A DNA stretch of 64,000 nucleotides from an uncultured Akkermansia sp. Its GTDB lineage: Bacteria > Bacteroidota > Bacteroidia > Flavobacteriales_D > Crocinitomicaceae. A program made the position numbers and the translations under genes. Within the stretch, counting starts at the first letter, position 1, and every line of letters begins with the position of its first letter. The notes below the pieces were generated by a model. The model saw only the letters and a list, made by a program, of their open reading frames with translations, was not told the origin of the DNA and did no database searches. Shown piece by piece: positions 58,526 to 64,000 of the stretch. The DNA is taken from the NCBI GenBank assembly GCA_964593935.1, contig CAZQKN010000007.1:74004-138003 (forward strand). Reading direction: 5' to 3'.

Positions 58526-59101
58526 TTATCTCATGCGTGGCTTGCGACCACCCATCATCTGCGCCATGCGCATCTGGTTTTTCGAAGGTGCCATTTTCAA
58601 CTGACCAAGCATCATGTTGATCTGCTCCTTCATCATTCCGGTATTGTCCAGTTTCTTTGCCTCGGCCAACAGTTTTTCAGCTTCCGCTTTGCGACCACTT
58701 TGTGCACATATTCCTGCAAGGTGCATTCTGGCAACGGCATTGTCCTGACCGGTCCTCAATCCGATGGACATCGCCTGACGCAACATTTGCTCTGTACGTG
58801 CGAATCCAAGTTCCTGCGTGTTGAGCACTGCCTGAAGGAAGATAACATAAGCGTGCTGACCCTTTGGAAGGAACTGAGGATGCGTGATCTTGTTGATGTG
58901 ATATTTTGCTTTTTCCGTATTGCCTAATCTCATCTGATTCAAGGCAAGGATCATACGCTCGTTTCGGAAGAATGTTAAAACGACAATTGCCAGCGGAATG
59001 ATCATGGTCAATCCCCAGCCCCAGTGGCCGGTTGCAAATAAAAGTACAGTAGATGTAAGAACACCGGCTGCGATAAGAATACGTAGAATAAATCCAATCA
59101 T
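58526..59101 (-). CDS. hypothetical membrane protein with TPR-like soluble region
   Basis: 191 aa with two N-terminal TM helices and a basic Met-rich tail. Its start overlaps the RidA stop (ATGA). Confidence 0.7.
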   Translation of the reverse strand: MIGFILRILIAAGVLTSTVLLFATGHWGWGLTMIIPLAIVVLTFFRNERMILALNQMRLGNTEKAKYHINKITHPQFLPKGQHAYVIFLQAVLNTQELGFARTEQMLRQAMSIGLRTGQDNAVARMHLAGICAQSGRKAEAEKLLAEAKKLDNTGMMKEQINMMLGQLKMAPSKNQMRMAQMMGGRKPRMR

Positions 59102-59535
59102 GAGTTAATTGTTGCGATACATTTTAGTTCAATGGCGATCGGCGTTGGTAGCGAATTGATCTCAACGGTCGTGCGACATGGCTGATTATCTTTGAAATAT
59201 TCAGCATATATGCGGTTGTACGTGTGGAAATCACGCTTCATATTCACCAGAAAAACCGTAACATCCACCAGCTGATCCCATCCGGATCCCGATTCTTCCA
59301 GGATCACCTTCACATTGTCAAAAACACTTCGGCATTGCGCCTCAAAATCAAACTCGATAAAGTTTCCGTTCTTATCCAGTTTTAATCCGGGAACACCTGA
59401 ATCCGTATCATCAGAACCCGCCACACGCGGACCAACACCTGAAAGGAACAGTAGATTGCCAACCTTTCTCGCATGCGGATACAAACCAACCGGTTTTGGT
59501 GCCTTAGAAGTGGAAATTCTGGATTGATCTTCCAT
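59098..59535 (-). CDS. RidA/YjgF family protein
   Basis: The ATG at 59535 gives MEDQSRISTSKAPKPVGLYPHARKV. The C-terminus is RTTVEINSLPTPIAIELKCIA. The ORF-track start at 59607 is rejected. Confidence 0.85.
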   Translation of the reverse strand: MEDQSRISTSKAPKPVGLYPHARKVGNLLFLSGVGPRVAGSDDTDSGVPGLKLDKNGNFIEFDFEAQCRSVFDNVKVILEESGSGWDQLVDVTVFLVNMKRDFHTYNRIYAEYFKDNQPCRTTVEINSLPTPIAIELKCIATINS

Positions 59536-59550
59536 GTGTAATTTTTTTTG

Positions 59551-59558
59551 CAAATATA
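59551..59558 (-). promoter_or_regulatory. candidate -7 box TATATTTG for the RidA operon
   Basis: Plus strand reads CAAATATA, 15 nt upstream of the ATG at 59535. Confidence 0.4.
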
Positions 59559-59619
59559 GTTCTAAAAATGTGAATCCCCCTAATTCCCTGTACTGATCAC
59601 TCATCAATCTATGCTAAAA

Positions 59620-59731
59620 GGAACATAGACCGCTTCGCTGATAGAATATAGCTCGCTCCGCCAATGGACATGACTTGCACAAATTGCATTGTCCGTGTTC
59701 TATGCTCCATGTTCTATGCTCCATGCTCTCT
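59620..59731. repeat. dispersed intergenic hairpin element, copy 2 (23-nt core plus 14-bp tandem/heptad array)
   Basis: The core GGAACATAGACCGCTTCGCTGAT (59620-59642) is identical to 49755-49777. The right arm is GTTCTAT GCTCCAT GTTCTAT GCTCCAT GCTCTCT (59697-59731). CTATGCTCC pairs with the core's GGAACATAG at 8/9 positions. Confidence 0.65.
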
Positions 59732-59781
59732 ACAAATCACTTAAAAAATTTATGGTATTGTTTTTGAAAAGAACAATCGCC

Positions 59782-59789
59782 TAAATTTG
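59782..59789 (+). promoter_or_regulatory. candidate -7 box TAAATTTG
   Basis: Matches TAnnTTTG, 4 nt upstream of the ATG at 59794. Confidence 0.45.
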
Positions 59790-59793
59790 TCTT

Positions 59794-60471
59794 ATGAAGA
59801 TTTTTTACGTATCCCTGATAGGATTTCTGCTTTTGACACTGACGTCATGCATTGAGATCATTGACGATATCACTATTAACAATGATGGAAGTGGAACATT
59901 CAAGTATACGGTCAATTTAAGTGCCAGTAAAGTAAAGATCAATTCGATCCTGGCCTTGGACAGCTTGGAAGGACAGCGCGTTCCCTCCAAAGACGAGATT
60001 CTGAACCGAATGGAATCTATTTCAAAAAAACTCGCTTCCAAACCAGGTATTTCGAACGTAGATATCGAAACGGATATGACGAACTTCGTCTTTAAGATCA
60101 AGTGCGACTTCAGTTCAATAAATGCCTTGCAAACTGCCGTAAAGGACATCATCCGTGAAGAAAGCAATGACAAAAGTCTGAAGGAACTGGAGCACAGCTG
60201 GTTGTCGTGGGACGGAAATAAATTGGTCCGTTCGATCCCGGATGTAACATTGGAAAGGATCAAGAATTTGAAACAGGAAGACGCTGAACTGCTCCGACAG
60301 GGAAATTACACCTCCATCACAAGATTTGAGCGTCCGGTAGATCGTTTCGAAAATCCAAATGCAAAACTTGCAGGCAACAAATTGGCTGTAATGATCAAAA
60401 CAAATCCCTATCTGCTGACGCAGAATTACAATTTGCTGGAAAACACAATTTATCTTACTCCAAACAAGTAA
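59794..60471 (+). CDS. hypothetical lipoprotein
   Basis: 225 aa with a lipobox (LLLTLTSC). I recognise no family. Confidence 0.75.
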   Translation: MKIFYVSLIGFLLLTLTSCIEIIDDITINNDGSGTFKYTVNLSASKVKINSILALDSLEGQRVPSKDEILNRMESISKKLASKPGISNVDIETDMTNFVFKIKCDFSSINALQTAVKDIIREESNDKSLKELEHSWLSWDGNKLVRSIPDVTLERIKNLKQEDAELLRQGNYTSITRFERPVDRFENPNAKLAGNKLAVMIKTNPYLLTQNYNLLENTIYLTPNK

Positions 60472-60523
60472 AAGGTGCATTAATTTTGATAATTTCGCAC
60501 TGTATACAAATGTGTTCCATCGG

Positions 60524-62356
60524 ATGAAGATTTTTTTTTCAGGGCTACTTATTTTATTGTCGATCAATGCTTTCGGACAAAACTCTCAAAGCCTAATCCC
60601 CAAAGATGCGGTAACCGTCTTCAGCCTGAACAATATTCAATTGCTTCAAAAAATTTCTCTGGATGACCTGGTTCGCTATGAGTTCATGGCCGAAGTACAG
60701 CAGGAATTGTTTGATGGATCGACTTCCGGAAAAACACTTAAGGATTCAGGGATCGACTTCGATCAAAAACTAAATGTTTTCTTCGGAAAAGGGAGTGAAT
60801 ACGAGATCTCTGGTTTTACGTTGGGACTTAAGAACAAAGCTGAATTCTTCTCCGTTTTCGACGACTTCGAAAAAGCAGAATCACCTTACTCGGGCACAGA
60901 CATGTACGTGTCTTTTTTCAATAACCTCATCATCAAAGGCAACAGTGCCTTATTGATCAGAGTTGATCCAACTATGGAACGTATCGACGAGATCACCGAC
61001 TCGATCTGGTATTCCAGAGGTTATGAGAGCCCTTGGAATGAGAATTATTATGAAGAGGAAAGTTACTATGATGAAACCGGAGAAGACGAGGTATTCGAAG
61101 AAGTTGAACTTGAGCCGATCAACGAAATGGACCCGAATCAAAAGAACTATTTTGAGCTTCGTGACAGCGTATTGGCCGTATATCAGCGAGTATATTTCAA
61201 TAAGGTTTGTGACGAACTGTTGAACAACAACGTAAACCTCCTACAGTTCGATCTTCGCTTTGCACAACAGCTGGAACATGCCTCCGAAGGGGTTTTTTAC
61301 CTTGACAATTCAAGGAGTTTGCAGAAAGCCCAGAACCTGTGGTACATACAAACGATGTTTCCTTCATTATATCAGGATATTCGTGAATTGTACACTGGCA
61401 ACGTGATTCTGGGTGATCTTTTCTTAAAGGATGATGCCGTAGAATTTCATGTTGAAGCACAGTATGGAGAGGATCTGGGTTCGATCTATCAACGAATGAA
61501 TCAAACCAAGTTCGACAAGAATATTCTGAAGTACATTCACAAGGAAAACACAGCGTATTTCACATACAATGTCAATTTGAGAGAAGCATATGAACAGGCT
61601 TACAAGGTAATCTTACCCCTTCTGAGTGATGAGAAAAGTGTGCAGATCTCATACAACCTTTTACTGCTCGAGCTTCTCAATGAATTTGTAAACAAGGACG
61701 CTTTATTCTCTACCTATAAAGGGACCATGTTCGGCACCTTTAATGGTATCAAGAAGATCAAAACACGCAAAATCGAATTCACTTACGACGAAGAAACGTT
61801 CGAATACCAAGAAAGAGAGATCGAAGCGGAGGAGGACATGCCGGTATTCACTCTAGGATTTTCAACCGAAAGAGGCGACATCCCGGAAAAAGTTTTGAAG
61901 CATCTTTCCCGTCTGACATCCCGATTCAAGAACATGGGAGATTACTGGATCTATGAGGAAGCCATTCTGGATGCTGCACCTCTTTATATGATCCACAAAA
62001 ATGGGATGTTCATCTTTACAAATGATGCTGATCTGGCTAAAAAGTACTCTTCAGGTTATGGAAAGCAGTCCATTTCCAAGAAGATGGCAAAAAGAGCACG
62101 AAAAAGCGGTTTCATGTACAGCTACATCGATCTTGCCAATACCATCGAGAAATTCCCGCGCGACTTTTTTAATGCGGAACAGAACGAGATCCTTGATGCC
62201 ATGCGAGGAAAAACAGGTACAATGGAATTGACTTCTTCAGAAACCTCAAAAGAGAAGACCAACTTCAAATTGGTATACAATTTCGGAGGTCAGTACGAGA
62301 ATTCCGGCAAATACCTGTTGGACCTGATCAACAGTGTTTACGTGATCACGAAATAA
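60524..62356 (+). CDS. hypothetical secreted protein (DUF4836-like by eye)
   Basis: The ATG at 60524 gives signal peptide MKIFFSGLLILLSINAFGQ. The GTG at 60512 is less likely. It has an acidic Tyr/Glu-rich insert. Confidence 0.75.
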   Translation: MKIFFSGLLILLSINAFGQNSQSLIPKDAVTVFSLNNIQLLQKISLDDLVRYEFMAEVQQELFDGSTSGKTLKDSGIDFDQKLNVFFGKGSEYEISGFTLGLKNKAEFFSVFDDFEKAESPYSGTDMYVSFFNNLIIKGNSALLIRVDPTMERIDEITDSIWYSRGYESPWNENYYEEESYYDETGEDEVFEEVELEPINEMDPNQKNYFELRDSVLAVYQRVYFNKVCDELLNNNVNLLQFDLRFAQQLEHASEGVFYLDNSRSLQKAQNLWYIQTMFPSLYQDIRELYTGNVILGDLFLKDDAVEFHVEAQYGEDLGSIYQRMNQTKFDKNILKYIHKENTAYFTYNVNLREAYEQAYKVILPLLSDEKSVQISYNLLLLELLNEFVNKDALFSTYKGTMFGTFNGIKKIKTRKIEFTYDEETFEYQEREIEAEEDMPVFTLGFSTERGDIPEKVLKHLSRLTSRFKNMGDYWIYEEAILDAAPLYMIHKNGMFIFTNDADLAKKYSSGYGKQSISKKMAKRARKSGFMYSYIDLANTIEKFPRDFFNAEQNEILDAMRGKTGTMELTSSETSKEKTNFKLVYNFGGQYENSGKYLLDLINSVYVITK

Positions 62357-62365
62357 TCTTCTGCT

Positions 62366-63694
62366 ATGTACAAGAAGATTACGCTGATTGTAGTGCTTGC
62401 ATTCGCATTAGCCGCATTTCTGATCCTCAGACCTTACATTTTTCGTAAAGAGGCGCCTCCACGAATTGAAGACCGACTCCCTGAAGCTGACTTTATTGGT
62501 CGAGCTTATCTACTCGATGTAGCAAGGGAAACAAGTGCTATGCTGTATTACAATAAGATCCCTTCAAGGGATTTTTTCACGCAGGAATTCATTTTGGGAC
62601 AAGCCAAGATCTACGGATTGAATCTTCAGCAACCGGTGTATTTTTTCGCTAACGAAGGGGGTGACTGGGGAGCTTTGATCCAAGTAAGTGACAGCAGTAA
62701 AATCCGCCAGGGGATCGATCGTCTGAAACAGATAATTGACATTACTGATACGACCCTACAAAGCGGTACCGTTTACCGTTATGAAAAGGAGGACGGATAT
62801 CTCTATTACGACAAGAGTTATATGCTCATATACAAGGGCAAGGAATTCAAAAAGATCTATCAGCGTGTGAATTTTTGCAAGAATGGGGATATCACACCTG
62901 TGTGGAGATCTTTCCTCCGAAGCAAACAGTTCAAGGATGAAAAACTGGTCATCTATTCCAACTGGAATAAATTAAAAGAAAACGGAATACAAACCGCTAT
63001 CTTCGCTCATGACAGCGATTCCATCAGTTTCTCGTTAAAAGCCTATCTTAAGAATAAGCGCCCTTTCAGTTTCTCGCAAAAATCTGCCGGTAAGAACCTT
63101 ATCTCGGGAGATTACACCAATAAAATGCTCAACATTCACCTGGATATTTCACAATTCCGAAACGAAAAGGAAGACCCACTGTACCAGTTACTGGTCGATA
63201 TGGGAAAAAAGATCAGCTTTCCAACGACTGAATTCCTCAACGCATGGGAAGGAGACCTTTCTTTCAGACAAGGTGGATATCAGTTGATCAAGGAGACCTA
63301 TATCGAATCAGAGTTAGATGAGGATTTTAATGTCACTGAAGTTCGCAAAGAACGTGAAGTTAAAGTTCCGGGATTTTCGATCCTTTTCTCTGTTAACGCA
63401 AAAGGCCCAGCATTCATTCAACGCCTTATTGCAAAGGGAATTCTTACAAGTGAAGAAGAAAAATACCGATTCCTTTATTCTCCTCCCCTGCACATGAAGC
63501 GTATGAAGGACTACTATATCTTCCATTCCGGGGAATATACACCAAGAACTGAATTTCATGCGAAGAATGAAGCCATTTGGACACAAAGAGGTACCAGGAT
63601 CGAGTTCAAACTCGACAGTCTGGGTAAACAAGAAGCTTTCGGTAGTATTTACATCCCGGTTCAAAGGATCATTTCCAGAAATCGTTTCTTCTGA
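62366..63694 (+). CDS. hypothetical membrane-anchored/secreted protein, probable distant paralog of the preceding gene
   Basis: 442 aa with an N-terminal TM/signal segment (ITLIVVLAFALAAFLIL). Its block order resembles the 60524-62356 product. Confidence 0.72.
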   Translation: MYKKITLIVVLAFALAAFLILRPYIFRKEAPPRIEDRLPEADFIGRAYLLDVARETSAMLYYNKIPSRDFFTQEFILGQAKIYGLNLQQPVYFFANEGGDWGALIQVSDSSKIRQGIDRLKQIIDITDTTLQSGTVYRYEKEDGYLYYDKSYMLIYKGKEFKKIYQRVNFCKNGDITPVWRSFLRSKQFKDEKLVIYSNWNKLKENGIQTAIFAHDSDSISFSLKAYLKNKRPFSFSQKSAGKNLISGDYTNKMLNIHLDISQFRNEKEDPLYQLLVDMGKKISFPTTEFLNAWEGDLSFRQGGYQLIKETYIESELDEDFNVTEVRKEREVKVPGFSILFSVNAKGPAFIQRLIAKGILTSEEEKYRFLYSPPLHMKRMKDYYIFHSGEYTPRTEFHAKNEAIWTQRGTRIEFKLDSLGKQEAFGSIYIPVQRIISRNRFF

Positions 63695-63848
63695 GCGAGA
63701 TAACAAAAGCTTAATATTCCTATTTCCTTTTGAAACTGAACATTTCACTGGTCCATCGTTCTTCCTAACATTTGAATGTAAATAACTACGCCACTAAAAA
63801 AAGCAGTACGGCCAATAATTCAACTATCTTGAATTCAAAATCTGACCC

Positions 63849-64000
63849 ATGGCTAAAAAGCAAAAGATCTTCGTTCTGGACACCTCGGTTCTGCTACACG
63901 ACCATCAGTCCATTACCAACTTTCAGAAGAATGACGTAGCAATTCCGATCACCGTCCTAGAGGAATTGGATAAGTTTAAGATTGGGAACGATACGAAGAA
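63849..64000 (+). CDS. PhoH-like ATPase with N-terminal PIN domain, 3' end cut by window edge
   Basis: [44 protein letters not shown] is typical of the PIN domain of YlaK/PhoH-like proteins. Confidence 0.8.
   Translation, partial: MAKKQKIFVLDTSVLLHDHQSITNFQKNDVAIPITVLEELDKFKIGNDTK

Noticed and set aside
1-64000. Searched by eye for CRISPR arrays, tRNA/rRNA genes, transposases, integrases, toxin-antitoxin pairs and known defence-system genes
   Set aside because: None found. No regularly spaced 25-40-bp direct repeats, no T-loop-like GGTTCGAATCC motifs in intergenic DNA, and no ORF with recombinase or nuclease-defence hallmarks. The many short antisense ORFs in the track lie inside well-supported genes and were ignored.

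Overview
The window looks like a Bacteroidota (Flavobacteriia-like) chromosomal segment. Evidence for that: three T9SS C-terminal sorting domains, an alternative complex III (actABCDEF) plus cytochrome oxidase cluster, and many TAnnTTTG -7 promoter boxes. It is densely coding and mostly housekeeping: tpx, accBC, fabH-plsX-rpmF-yceD, pdxA, pepA, ygiQ, rplY, prs, an SRAP peptidase, cvpA, rseP, queG, ruvB, ACIII/cox, rnpA, an S41 peptidase, mgtE and others. I found no rRNA, tRNA, CRISPR array, transposase or integrase. The most system-like unexplained feature is at about 50.8-57.7 kb. There, a LuxR-type response regulator and a TPR sensor kinase sit next to a BNR/T9SS protein and a small family of secreted beta-rich proteins, one of them a pseudogene. 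Every transcription unit in this cluster is preceded by the same 22-bp palindrome, placed exactly 20 nt from a -7 box. This suggests a compact, uncharacterised two-component regulon. Other observations: a family of intergenic hairpin elements built from 7-bp-periodic repeats (four loci, two sharing an exact 23-nt core); a DUF1800/DUF1501 pair in which the DUF1501 protein has both a Tat signal and a T9SS tail; an amidase-CUB-T9SS protein; a giant MORN-repeat protein coupled to a lipoprotein; and a recurrent leaderless-type promoter geometry. All calls come from reading the ORF translations and the DNA by eye. No database search or composition statistic was run.
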